A stretch of DNA of 62,184 nt, filler included, from Choristocarpus tenellus KU-1152 (taxonomy: Eukaryota; Protista; Phaeophyceae): the NCBI GenBank assembly GCA_964200185.2. It is 10 parts of 10 records of this genome, joined end to end, with 100 filler letters (N's around TTAATTAATTAA, not from the genome) between each part and the next. Parts side by side here need not be neighbours in the genome. Positions count along the whole stretch, not along the records: positions 42,927 to 51,886 come from CAXNAD020004161.1; positions 51,987 to 58,361 come from CAXNAD020008274.1; positions 58,462 to 62,184 come from CAXNAD020018290.1; 7 more parts are not named here. The stretch is one strand, 5' to 3'. The translations under genes and the position numbers were made by a program. Under the pieces are notes generated by a model, which was given only the letters and a program-made list of their open reading frames with translations, searched no databases and was not told the DNA's origin. Shown here piece by piece: positions 50,801-62,184 of the stretch. The stretch's first letter is position 1, and each line of letters starts with the position of its first letter.

Positions 50801-51838
50801 TCTCTTTCTCTGCCTTCAAACAACGCATGGCAACCTTAACTGCCATTTTCTACAGGCCATACGAAGGAGTGCATTACTTCACCAAAATATGGACCCACTC
50901 GGTTACTGTTATGTCGTCTTGAGGAACCAGTAAGAGCTGCCCTGTGATGCTCGGGTCGTCAATTGTCGATGAGTCACTCAGAAGGATCGCGGTGTGTCCT
51001 AGGATAGTCAGACAAGAGTTCTTCGAGGAGCTCGAGGAGGAAAGGGTTTAAGTTATCACTGCATGGACGCGATGCATGAACGTTTTGAGCCGTCATGGCT
51101 ACTGTGGGAATTCTTGCAAAGTGTGGCCCTGGGCTGGAACCTCTCTGAATCACTTATTCCCGATGGAACCTGTGCATCAGGCATGACTTCGATTTCCTGC
51201 ACACTCTGTGAGACCAGACATGTCTACCTACCTGGGAAATAAAAGAACATGACACAGAAATCGGGAGCGTGAAGTATATGAATGGCGAGAAATAGCTACC
51301 TAAGCAATGTCTATACCATGGCGGTCAGAGACCACTCATTTATGATTGGAGGTGTATGATGATGCCTCCCTTGGAGCCACAGATATATATCATCATGCCA
51401 GTCTCTTCCTCCAAGTTAAGAGGTGGTGAAAGCGCTTCAAGACCATCCAAGGAGACGACAAAACGAAGCAAAAGAAAATCCAGGCCATAGTAGGGAGCTA
51501 CCAAGAATCCTAAGTGCTGAGGTGAATACTGATTATTCTCTCGAGTTTGAAGAGACGAGGTAGGGCCTCCATGTTACAGAACGCAGAACGCTCCAAAAGC
51601 TTACCTTCACGGGATGTATAGCTCTGATCCAAAGGCCTATAGATGGCGCTGATGCTTGTACAGGACTCCTGGGATACTCCAACAATCAAAAGGTCCAACG
51701 AGGATGATGAATTTCAGGTCAGCAAGGATAAGGGTAGTCTTACGAGTGAATCATTAAGCATGAATATGAGAATTGGTATCAGTTAAGAGTGAGCCATGTG
51801 GGGGCTCTTGTCATCATTTACCGTTTCATTTTTACTTT
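47877..51838 (-). mobile_element. Internally deleted Ty3/gypsy-like LTR retrotransposon (LTRs ~47877-48150 and 51572-~51838)
   Basis: ~240-bp direct repeats flank the region. The minus strand has a retropepsin relic (PVQVLLDTG at ~49435-49465; YEIILGAAF at ~49195-49220) and a Cys/His gag-like segment at ~49830-49920. A PBS-like TGGAGGCCCTACC abuts the 5' LTR (51559-51571). No RT or integrase was seen. Confidence 0.75.
48773..48865 (+). mobile_element. MITE family B, 3'-truncated, inside the LTR element
   Basis: GACCCAAAGTATCTAGGGG...cagggtgtccatttggcccataaccaggaaaa. Confidence 0.75.
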
Positions 51839-52649
51839 GAACAGCCGATTTCAAAAATTGAGGATGGAGCTTTTCATTGAGGATAGNNNNNNNNNNNNNN
51901 NNNNNNNNNNNNNNNNNNNNNNNNNNNNNNTTAATTAATTAANNNNNNNNNNNNNNNNNNNNNNNNNNNNNNNNNNNNNNNNNNNNGTGGTTGGGTGGGG
52001 GGGGTATCATACCCACATGTGTTAGATCTTGCCTTGAGGCTTGAATATACACCAGAATGGAACAGATGGAAGCAGCGGGTTGAGAGGGGTGGGGGGAGGG
52101 GGATATAGTGATAAAGCACGAGGATAAAAGACACAAATTAAAAAAAACTTTACTGCTTGCATCTATACACTGTCTTTAAGCACTGCATTATATACAGAGG
52201 GGAACTACACACATATATATACACAAGTCTTTCAAAACTAGGGTCACAGTGGTCCTTTCCCCCCACCCACATTGCTCAGCCCCGTGCTCCGCCACTGTAG
52301 GCTGCATCCTAAGTACCATTGCCTTTTTCTCCCAGGCATCAGGCCACCCACAACAAGGAGGGCTGGCTACACATGCTACTATACAAGTGAAGAATCTGGG
52401 TCATACATTTCACGCCCAAACCTTTGTCCTATGATTCCATGGAATGCCCTGTGCAAAGGTTGAGTAAGCATAACCACCACAAAATCTCATCACCATTTCA
52501 ACCAAGTAATCTTAATGGTTGATGTAGTGCTGGGAGGGGTTTGGGGGGACGAGGGTCTCGACAATGGACATATGTTCACTTAAACATTTAGGTACTACTG
52601 AACAACATAGTTCACTCTGGAACACTGGACGAACAACCCATCAGCCCAC

Positions 52650-53882
52650 CTCCTCATAATTATCAAAAGAAGCAAGTACAGGCAGAATTTTCTTGAGTAC
52701 AGTGGCCTTGGCATCATTTTCAATAGACCCACGGTCATTCTTGCGGCTTTTCCGATAGTTATCCATCGTTGCTGCTGTCCGGAGGAAGCCAGTCTGACCC
52801 TTCTCCAATATCTCATCTTTTGCTGCCACAAGCTTGCGCTCCTCTGCTTTGAGTTCCTCCTCAAGGCCCTTGGATCATTGTCATATTTTTCAAGCGACAC
52901 GAGAGCAACATGAGGAGTACTTGGTGAACTGGTAAACCAACAGTGGTGAAATTTAGGGATAGTTGAGCTAAATGAGATAACCAAAGGGGCCATAGGTTAC
53001 GCAAATGCGCAGCATTGGGAGAAGTACACAGAACACCAGAAAGGGGTGATGGTGTTAGCCTGAACGGATAAGGGCTTGCCTGTGCTCGTATGATTCGCTA
53101 CGCATACCCCTGACGATCCTAGTAGGGGGTTAAGTACCATGTAAGTCCACGAAGTAGCATGCCAACTATTCCAGTCGTTTCGCTACTGTTTGAGCATAGA
53201 TGTCCTTCCTGTATGGAACAGCAATTACATAGCACCTCCAGTACGTGGGTTGACCTTGTACTCCTTGACATCATGTCCCAACAGCTGTTTGGGTTGAGAA
53301 GTCCTTCGATGGACAAGAAACAATGCACTTTCTGACCGAAAACGCTTGACGCCGCACCTTCTCCTCTAGTTAAGGAGTAAACTCAACTAAGTCTAGAGAC
53401 ACACCACAGTGTTGCACATTTCAACAAGGCAGTACCACTCCGCCACGTAGTTAACTCACCTTAATGATCCCCTTAACCTCTGCCAATGGATCCACTTCCT
53501 CCTCTTTCTCCTCCACGACCTCCTTTTCCTCACCCTCTCCACCCTCTACCGCCTCTTGTTCTTCACTCTCCTTGTCCTCATCCTCTCCACCATTAACTTC
53601 TTCACCGTCCCCATCCTCTCCCGTCTCCACAGTTTCCTCTTCCGTGGGCACTTCAACTTCAGCCCCATCAACTTCGGCTTGCTCTGTTGACTCTGTCACA
53701 TCTGGTTCCGCCATCAAAGGGAAACAAATATCCCGTCGCCTTGCCATGGACGGAAAAGATCGACGATTGGTCAACACATGGACCTTCGGGGCTACCCGCG
53801 GTCCTCGGAACAGAAAAGCAAAGCTCCTGACCGCAAAGCACAGGACAAGGGCGACTGCCAGCCGCATGCTCTGTGTGTTCAT
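52650..53882 (-). CDS. grpE: GrpE nucleotide-exchange factor, plastid-targeted, partial (exons 53882-53460, 52868-52650)
   Basis: Signal peptide MRLAVALVLCFAVRSFA-F, a basic transit peptide and an acidic N-terminal arm, then AAG|gtgagt...aag|GGC into GLEEELKAEERKL...FLRTAATMDNYRKSRKND...AKATVLKKILPVLASFD. This matches the GrpE 'LR..ADF.NYRKR..E...LLPV.D.F' helix. Confidence 0.85.
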
Positions 53883-54279
53883 ATTTTCAAGGTTATTTTG
53901 CTGGCTTAGCCCCTTTTGGGCAGGAGAGGACGCAATATATAGCAAGTACCAAACTCTCTATCTCAGTGTAGTCCTTCTCAACAGTTCTGTGCTCCTCTGC
54001 ACGTTCAAAGAGTGTACAGTCTGCGCGTGTATCGTTGTCAGATTTTCTGGATAAAACATGTAGGGGTTTCAACAACGAAGAGGGGAAACATGCAGTTTGA
54101 ACTGCCCACTCGGCTATTTTTTGTTTTTCCTATACAACAATATCGAATTAATATTTAAAATAGTATGGGAGTACAGTATTGTTACAAATTGAACAACATA
54201 ATAGGCTTAGTACAGGCAACGCATGTACTGTGTAATCAGTGCGAGAGGATCATCCAGGAATCGCCAAACCGCAGAGATC
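53883..54279. promoter_or_regulatory. Probable bidirectional promoter / 5' UTRs between divergent genes
   Basis: Only 397 bp separate the two divergent start codons within one contig; there is an AT-rich core at ~54115-54165. Confidence 0.5.
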
Positions 54280-55831
54280 ATGGGAATTTCGCTTGCGCTT
54301 GGGATATCTGTCTTCATCCTCGCGCTCTGCCCTGGGGTAGGCTTTGCACCTCATGTGACCACGGGTACAGTCATCACTGCAGCCAAGGCGAGTCAGAAAT
54401 TGCGAGCTGATCACTATGGTAGACAGCTTCTCAAGCATCAATGCCAGGAGTACACCGAGCGGTGGTTTCGCCTTCGAGCCCATCCATCCACCGAATTGCC
54501 CAAGTCAAACCCAGATATGGAAGCGAGTAAGGGGTTAAATGTCGATGGTGCCAGAACCATCTTGGAGGAGCTCCTAGATCGGTGTAAGGAAGCTACGCGA
54601 TCCAAGGGTGCCATGGAGTCTTCTCACACAGGTTCAAGCGAGTGGGCGGGGTTTCGAACCACTCCTGAACTCCTTCAGGTAACGTGATCTAACGCTGTAG
54701 ATAAGCTGTGCCACCTCTTGCGAAATTGTTGCGTACATAACCTAGGGTGTTCCTCACCCCCTACCACATCTTGTTGCAAAGTCTTGATCCGCACCAAAAG
54801 CGCAGTAGTATCCGCCTTATGTAGACAATTTGCTGGATATATCCCTTCTGCAATATCACTGAGATTCCTCTGCCTAACAACATCCTCACGAAGCAGGGAG
54901 TCAGTTCTACCTTGGCACGAATCTTCTCCCGATCTCGGCGTTCAGATGGAACCGCCTTGTGCTGGTCTTGGCTGACACTCGCCCCTCAACCTTCGCGCAT
55001 TGAGATCGCCAGTGACCCTCGGTTTTCTATCTTCGTCACTGTGTTACCAGCAGGAAATGGCAGTCCCCCTTCCCACCGCCCAATATTTGGATCTCAGATC
55101 ATGTCCCGTGTTCTGTCCGGGGAGGTGGAGCAGGTGGGGGGGAAAAAACTGCCATTTTTTCTTTAGTTTTTTCTAGATATATTCGCATTTTGCCCCAGTC
55201 TACTGCTGCTGCTACTTCTTGTGAGGTTGGACGCTAAATTCGCGGTAGCGCTGCAGTTGTCATGTGCTTACTACTCTTGAATCTGGTTCTTCCTGTCCAC
55301 CTTAAGTGAAGGGCCAATAACTTGTGAAAAATGCTCAACTTACCAGACAATCATCATCCCTCTGGCCATGGAACAGTAAATTTCAACCCTAGTGTGTTGC
55401 CTGCAGTACCCACATGCTCTAGGGTTCAACCCAATGCTGGCAACACTCTGATGTAACTAACTCCAGTAGATAGCACCATTTAGTGTGTCTGAAACCTATT
55501 CCCCTCCGCCACCCTCTGCACTTATTTCCCCCCCAACCATATCTCTGTGCTGAACGTCTGACCCCGTACCAGCTCAAGTCCTCTTCCCCTTCCCCTGTAC
55601 CCCTTTGGAGTGAAGGTGAAAGCCAATAGCCAGAGGATAATTGGTAGAAGTCATCACTCCACAGAGACTCCTGTATGGTCTAGCTACGGTGGTGGAGGTG
55701 AGAAAATCAAGCTCTACTTGCAAATACCATTTACCGCCAGGATTACGTATCGCTGTAACTGTTTTTTTGCAATACTCTTGAAGGATATCTCTCTGGTCCA
55801 CACCTTTTTTTTTTCAAATCAGCTTACCCCC

Positions 55832-55863
<32 letters not shown>

Positions 55864-56438
55864 ACCCCCCCCCCCCCACCCCCCTTTTTTTTTTCAAACC
55901 CCCTCCCCCCCCCCCCCCCCCCCCCCCCCACCACCAATTCCCTACACCCCTATCAGTACGTCGTTTGGTGAACGAAGGCTTTCAGCCTGCAGTGGTCCTA
56001 GAGGTTGTGTTCTATGACTGGTCACGGGGGTCAGGCTACATTGGAGGTTACGCAGCAATGCCCAGCGGGTCTGGGAATGCAGAACGCCTATTGGACGGTC
56101 AGAACGAAGCCAGCGGTGGTTCTACTGGTACTGGTGAAAGTGAGCAAGGGAGGCTCTTGATCCTCAGTACCAGCCCCTGTGACCCTCACCTTCTTCTTCG
56201 GGACGGGGATATCTATGAAGAGGAAGAGGAGGGGGAAGGCGGGGAGACAGGGGAGGATTTGATCCTCGTGAGGAGAGACGGAAAGGTTGTCCCGGGGCGG
56301 GGGGGGGAAGTGGGAGAGGGAGAAATGGGGGAGGATGTGCTTTCAGCGAAGGAGTTGGGAATGGAGGTTGGAGGACTGGATGAGCAGCTGGAGGACATTG
56401 TGAGAAGAGTGCTTGCTACACGTTCTTTGCCGATGGAG
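54280..56438 (+). CDS. Plastid-targeted protein: degenerate PCO/ADO-like cupin followed by the start of an NSF/Sec18-like AAA+ domain, partial (exons 54280-54678, 54897-55133, 55616-55697, 55957-56438)
   Basis: Four phase-compatible exons (phases 0, 0, 1, 0). The N-terminus is MGISLALGISVFILALCPGVG-FAP. The last exon ends LGMEVGGLDEQLEDIVRRVLATRSLPME|gtgagt, matching the NSF D1 lead-in '[25 protein letters not shown]'. The Walker A exon is not in this contig. Confidence 0.75.
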
Positions 56439-56841
56439 GTGAGTCCTGGGTCTCCTTGGGAATGGACAATTGTTGTAATTGCTCCGATAGTCCCCGAGAT
56501 AGAGCGTGAATTACTGTAGTGATTTGACCAGATGTGAGGGGCAATATATGTCTTGATTATGCAAGACTAGAGGATGTGGAGTATGGAACTCGTTCTGTTG
56601 GAGAATTGAATGTACTGGTTGTGTTGGGGTCTCTTGTGCAGTGAAACACGCTTCGCCAACTCCGGTGTATGATTGAGCAGCCCAGAGCTTGACCTTCATT
56701 GCACCCATAACCCTATCCTCTCATCCTTCAATGTATAGTACGTGGTTAGTAATATCCTGAGCTATAACCCTGATCATATCCTTAGTTCGCATCCCCGGCC
56801 TTAACTGGAGTAGTAGTAACAATGCCAAGAAATAAAAGAAA

Positions 56842-56917
56842 ATACATTGATATTGTATACATTGATATTGTATATATTGATATTGTATACATTGATATTG
56901 TATACATTGATATTGTA
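56842..56917. repeat. 15-bp minisatellite (ATACATTGATATTGT)x5
   Basis: Directly visible; it produces the spurious ILYTL repeat ORF. Confidence 0.9.
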
Positions 56918-57561
56918 CTCTGGAGTGTTATACTTAGGTCACAAACAGTTCCATTTATGCCGTTGTAATGCTGACAATCATAACAGTAGGCACAATGAAC
57001 CTACTACAGAGCGTGTATTCTTTTTTCGTGGCAGTTACACTGATGATATTGGCCGATCTTTTTGGCAGACCAGTGCCTACCTGCCCTGGTTACCAACAAC
57101 GCTTGCTTGTATCGTTTGTAACGGCTACACCGGGGTATCAAACAGGTTATTTGTGGTAGTCACCTGGACACGGACCTGTGGGTACTGCAACAGTTGTTGT
57201 CAGGCACCGCCAACACACCTCCTACCCCTTACTGGCACCTACCCTAACCCTACCCTGACCCTACCCTAAACCTACCCTAACCCTGACCTTGTTCTGGGAA
57301 GAGTCGCCTGACGTTGAAGAAGAGTTGTGTGGTGTGTCTTTGTTGAAGTTGAAGGAGCTATCGGCAGGCGCTAAAGAGGTGTTACGGGATGATGGTGGGT
57401 GGATGCATATGGACAAAAACACCGATACCTCGTTGTCTACGGTGATGTTAAGTCTGTTGTTTTCATTGTAGTGCACTATTCGTAGGTCAGACCTGTCCGC
57501 CGATCGATTATTATTCTGTTCAACCCTACTTTAACAGCTGTATCCCTCCTCCACTACAGGA

Positions 57562-57760
57562 GTTAGGGTTAGGGTTAGGGTTAGGGTCGAGTTCAGTGAA
57601 AGGAAGTCCTGCACCGCTTGTAGTTAGTTCTCTTGTTGAGAGGGAGCTCCTTGTGATAGCGCAGGCGTTGGCAAGTAGTTGGAATGCGTTCCGGCGGTGC
57701 TTTTCTGCAGCAGATTCAATCGTGTTCCCATAGAATGGCGATCACCTTGACCTATACCGT
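57562..57760 (-). mobile_element. Possible 3' end of a non-LTR element abutting telomeric repeats
   Basis: Minus-strand ...SAAEKHRRNAFQLLANACAITRSSL... is followed by (CCCTAA)n. The resemblance to RLE-element C-termini is weak. Confidence 0.3.
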
Positions 57761-58285
57761 GGAGACTCCGTTGGGGAATTTTCTTTGGGGTGTCTTTGTG
57801 GACTGCAAATAAAGTGAGACCATTTTTTTTTGGGGGGGGGGGAAGAGTAGCGGGCTATGCACAGGGCATGGATTGGGAAAGGTAGGTGGGTAAAGTTTCA
57901 ATGGAGGGGGAGTGTGTACATGAGCATGGAGGGCAGTAAGAAGGGGGATCTGGTAAGACTTCCTATGCTGGAGTTGCTTAGTTCCCTCAACTCAGCTTTG
58001 TTGAGTTAGGGTTGGGGTTAGGTATTGGACAACCAGACTACGGAGGTACCTAACCCTAACTCTAACCCCTTCCCCTAACATTGGGAAAGTGCTTTCCTAG
58101 TGCATCTGAATTAGTTGAAGTAGCTGCGGCGAGAGAGGGATGTGCGTCTCTGATGTCAAAAGATGTAACCAGAATCCTATGAAAGGGTGCTATGGACGGA
58201 AGGCGTATGGGTAGGGTTAGGGTTAGGGTGGAGTTCAATTTCACGGTGGAGGGAGAAGTTTTGCAACCTTGGCAATGAAGAGAGG

Positions 58286-58318
<33 letters not shown>

Positions 58319-59838
58319 GGGGGGGGGGAAAGAGCACCGAGTCTAAAGTGCATTGTTGGTGNNNNNNNNNNNNNNNNNNNNNNNNNNNNNNNNNNNNNNN
58401 NNNNNTTAATTAATTAANNNNNNNNNNNNNNNNNNNNNNNNNNNNNNNNNNNNNNNNNNNNGGTCCGGGGGGGAGAGGGGTGGGAGGGGTCGGGGGGGGG
58501 GGAGATCTTCAGGTCTCAATAGTGGGTAAAAATCAGATAAGATGGTACGGCATGAATGTCTCCTACAGTTCGAGTTGCACAAGGAGTGGAAATGAATGTG
58601 TTCAATTAAAAAGAAGATATATGAATAATATGCTGCATTTCCCTCATTGTTAATTATAAAAGATAAATATATATATATATATATATAATTTTTTTATGGA
58701 CATATAGTTGTCTAGGGAGATGCCGATTGTATAGATGAGCCCTGAACCATATCAGAAAAATGTGCACTTTGCTGAACCTAAGTACATAATGTAACGATGA
58801 ACGCATCACGTCCTAGTCAACTCACCGGCAGCTACGACTGTTCTAGACTACTACATGCACGTTACACATTCTAGCCCTTATAGAACCCATCCAGACTAGT
58901 CTCTGCCAGATTGCACAAGGCAATGTTGAGAATGGTGCATGAACAATGTTTGAGCAACGGGTTGATCCCTGACAAGGGGTGGGAATGTCGACTTGAGAAT
59001 ACAGGTACGCCACAGACATTGGATAGAGGTGATCTTCAACAACCTTCCAAGGTAAGAGAAGTTCAAGAACGCACAGAGGGGGGAGGATAGACCCAAGGCT
59101 GGACGCCTCAACGGACTCCAGGATTTATAGCATCCCCAAAGGGACTTACTTATCTATGGTAATATCAACCAAGGCATCTTCGATCGTTCTGAATCCCGTC
59201 GCAAATTTTGTTTGTTTTCTTGAATGAAACGTTTTTTAATGAGTAGATCACCAAATCAGAAAATTAGATAGTCCGATATATCGTTTTGATCTGCCATCAC
59301 AATGGAACCAAAACAGAATAAGCTTTTGGTCATTTTCTCCCACTCCATTACATGACGGACGGGTAGTCACGCGCGATCTATCCTCTTTTACACCGTCCTA
59401 TCCACTGTTCAATGTTTTCTGACATTTCTCTTTGCTTGCACTCAATTCCATGCAAGGAACAGACACGAGTATTGTGCTGTGGACCTATTGGTAATCAATC
59501 ATCCTCTCAGGTCTTCTTGTTTCTCACTTCCCAACATCCCTAATAACAAATGACCCTTTCGGAACCTTGTACAATAATCACCATGCCCGTACCCGAAATG
59601 TACCTCACCCCCCCCATAGTATGGCAAGGCAATACCTCTAGAAGAAGATTGACTATGTACACATATCTAATTGAAAGTATCTTCCACAGTAGTAGGGCTC
59701 AATACACGTACGAACAATCAAGGTGAATATATTTGAACCCTTCATTCTCTACAGCACTGCCTTCCTAGATTATATCATCACTCTCTACCAATTTCTTTCT
59801 AAACCTGAGAGTAGACACAAATGCCTGCACACACTTCG

Positions 59839-60099
59839 GATTGAAAATATCTTAGAGGGTACGAATTTTGACCCTTTTGTCTATATTTGGTGCTTGGCTT
59901 CCCACAAGTTTTTAATGACATTTTTCCTTCTCCAAAATATTTCGGAGTAGGTAAAATGAGTAAGTTATGAAAAGGAGTATCCAGAACAAGGATGTTGATA
60001 TCTCCTAACAAACACGATAGCCAAAATTGCATCAAAATTGCAACATTGGATTTCAGTCCCCAAATGGACGTGGCTCTACCCTCTAAGATACTTTGACTC
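59839..60099 (+). mobile_element. MITE family A, complete
   Basis: GATTGAAAATATCTTAGAGGGTA...TACCCTCTAAGATACTTTGACTC; 4-bp TSD TTCG. Confidence 0.9.
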
Positions 60100-62184
60100 T
60101 TCGCACAAACACAGAAACTAATTGTTCTTCAATGACACCCAAGTACTGCATGGGCGACCAAGTACTCTATTATGGTGTGGCATTCGCACTACAGAGCGCG
60201 AGTCGGCTGATAGAGGAAGGTATACGCTTCTGAAGGAACTCTTGAGATCTAAAATGCATCATTCTGCACGGTATGTTGAATGTGTCAGTTGGTTGAGCAG
60301 TTCTGTGCGTTTTTTGTCGTGTCTACAATTTGTAGGTATGTACATCACTTCCGTATCATCCCTTGCATGGAAAGTCCAGAACTGTGGATCAGATATTTTG
60401 TATTTCATATCTCCACACTACATCATACGTATAGTTCGTACTACAGCATTCAATGCTGCTATATGCTAGAGACTACATGCGCACAGAGTCATTCAGAGAG
60501 GCCAGTAGATGCATCCTTCAAGCAGGATCTATGGTGATTGATACTCCTCCTATTGTGACTTACAATGGTTGAATGTTTGACACTTGAAACTACTAGAAGA
60601 GAACGATCCGTGAGTGTACAAATGTATCGAAGTGCTCATCAACACTCACGACTACTACCAAAACTATTGGTGTGTGTGCATGAAACTAGACAACTTGCTA
60701 CTATACAATTTCGCCCCAGAATAGTTCTACCTATCATCCACTTTGCTATTGAATGGCCTCATTTTGAAGTGCTAGTAGTAAGTAGCTCAGAGCAGGTTCA
60801 ACCATCCTTGCATTCCACAACTGGAATCAAGAATCACTCTGTCCGTTGATGCACACAGACACACAAACTACGGTGCCTTATTCACCATGTCACATCACGG
60901 AACACAGATCGAACTAAGGAGAATTCGCCTGGTCTATCCACCAAGATCCTCCACCTTGATTTCTTACACTCATTTAACCCCACCAGGTTACCCCATAAGT
61001 ACAACCTTCCACCAGGGATAGCCCACATATCTCTCTGACTTGCAGTGTTCTAAATCAAGTCATTACTCTAGTATCACAAGGTTTACCATTGACAGAGTAG
61101 ATGCACAAAAATGTCACCATCGATACTTCTTAGTCATAATATATGTATGGTAACAATGAGGGCTCTTTATGCACAGGCCTTGGACAGGAATATCCAAGAA
61201 TATTTGTACTGTACAGAAAAAAAAAGCAGATGCAAAGGAGTGCCACACACAGAATAGTATAATGCAGAGATCAAAATCTACTACTATGAAACAAACAAAA
61301 CCACTACCATCTCTTCTACTAATAGTACAAGTACTGCATCTGGACCACAACTACATGGACATCTTACAATAATATCAAGTACAAGTCAAATACTTCAAAT
61401 CCATTTCCTTCAGTCACAAAATAGAGTACTCAGGATTACGTGCCAATTTCAATGTCAATATTTATCGAGTACATATCTCACCATGCACGCCCTTCTGTTG
61501 CTCATCTCTACATCTTCTTCTTCTCCCCCTCCTCCTTCACCTCACCCACATTCTCTCACCTACCCTGTATTTCGCCTTCTTACATACATAAACACATATA
61601 CATATTATGCATGTGAGGACCAGGAATGGTATGCGATTTATTCATAACCAGTTGTCGCTGTACCTATTCCAACTTCCATTCCTGAACAGGTGTGTATCAT
61701 TGCAGCCAACACTGTCACATTGATTCCACTCTCCCCCACCAACCACCCTGCTAATGAGATCATGACTTTCTCACACCACTGCTAGACCAGCAAGGAACTA
61801 TCAATCTCCCACTGAGCTCTTCACCCCGTTTCCCATCATCAATTACAAGCATCCTATCCATTTAGACCAGGTTCATAACATGGAAACAATGGATAGGGGT
61901 AGAGAGGTCTAGGAACAGGAATTCTTTTTCAATTTCTATATTGTTGAGGTAGTAGATAACACTAAATGGTAAAATGGTATCCCGACTTCCATCCATTTCA
62001 TGTTGATTTTAACTTTCTATATTTTCCCTCAATGTTTTTCATTTAAAAAAAAAATCAAATATGAAACATTGGTTTATGATTTACAGATTGGCTCAAAGTA
62101 TCTGGGAGTCCCACCTTCCGGTAGACATTGTTTTCATTGTTGGGATCCCTTGGATTCATTACCAAGTCCCCAGGTTCCACCATA

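Noticed and set aside
53464-54054. 196-aa Ser-rich plus-strand ORF
   Set aside because: Antisense shadow of the Glu-rich GrpE exon.
55610-56017. Polyproline ORF (also 12297-12638 and 58062-58337)
   Set aside because: Translation of intronic or contig-end poly-C tracts; only 55616-55697 is a real exon in this frame.
10046-56438. Torsin + GrpE + NSF-like genes as one chaperone cluster
   Set aside because: The torsin-like gene is on a different contig, separated by artificial linkers; only the GrpE/AAA pair is physically linked.
56847-57269. ORF with ILYTL repeats
   Set aside because: Produced by a 15-bp minisatellite and TE-like sequence in a probable intron.

Overview
Eukaryotic, intron-rich, repeat-laden DNA. 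It is most likely from a photosynthetic stramenopile such as a brown alga; this is inferred from bipartite 'ASAFAP-type' plastid-targeting presequences, TTAGGG telomere-type repeats and GT-AG exon structure. The window is not contiguous genome: about 10 short contigs are joined by artificial 100-nt linkers (44 N + TTAATTAATTAA + 44 N), so neighbourhood across linkers is meaningless and most genes are partial. Genes assembled from phase-compatible exons: a torsin/ClpB-like AAA+ protein, a type I L-asparaginase (with a 21-nt micro-exon and a GC donor), an FG-GAP-repeat membrane protein (At3g51050/NERD1-like), and a head-to-head pair of a plastid-targeted GrpE and a plastid-targeted protein joining a degenerate PCO/ADO-like cupin to the start of an NSF-like AAA+ domain. 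There are also two unidentified partial genes. The rest is mostly transposon material: three related MITE families with GAG..CTC or GAC..GTC ends and 4- or 3-bp TSDs, often nested; decayed pogo elements with a Cys/His zinc-finger N-terminus; a deleted Ty3/gypsy LTR element; and non-LTR and Copia relics. No rRNA, tRNA or CRISPR array was seen. All homology calls are from recalled motifs, not database searches.
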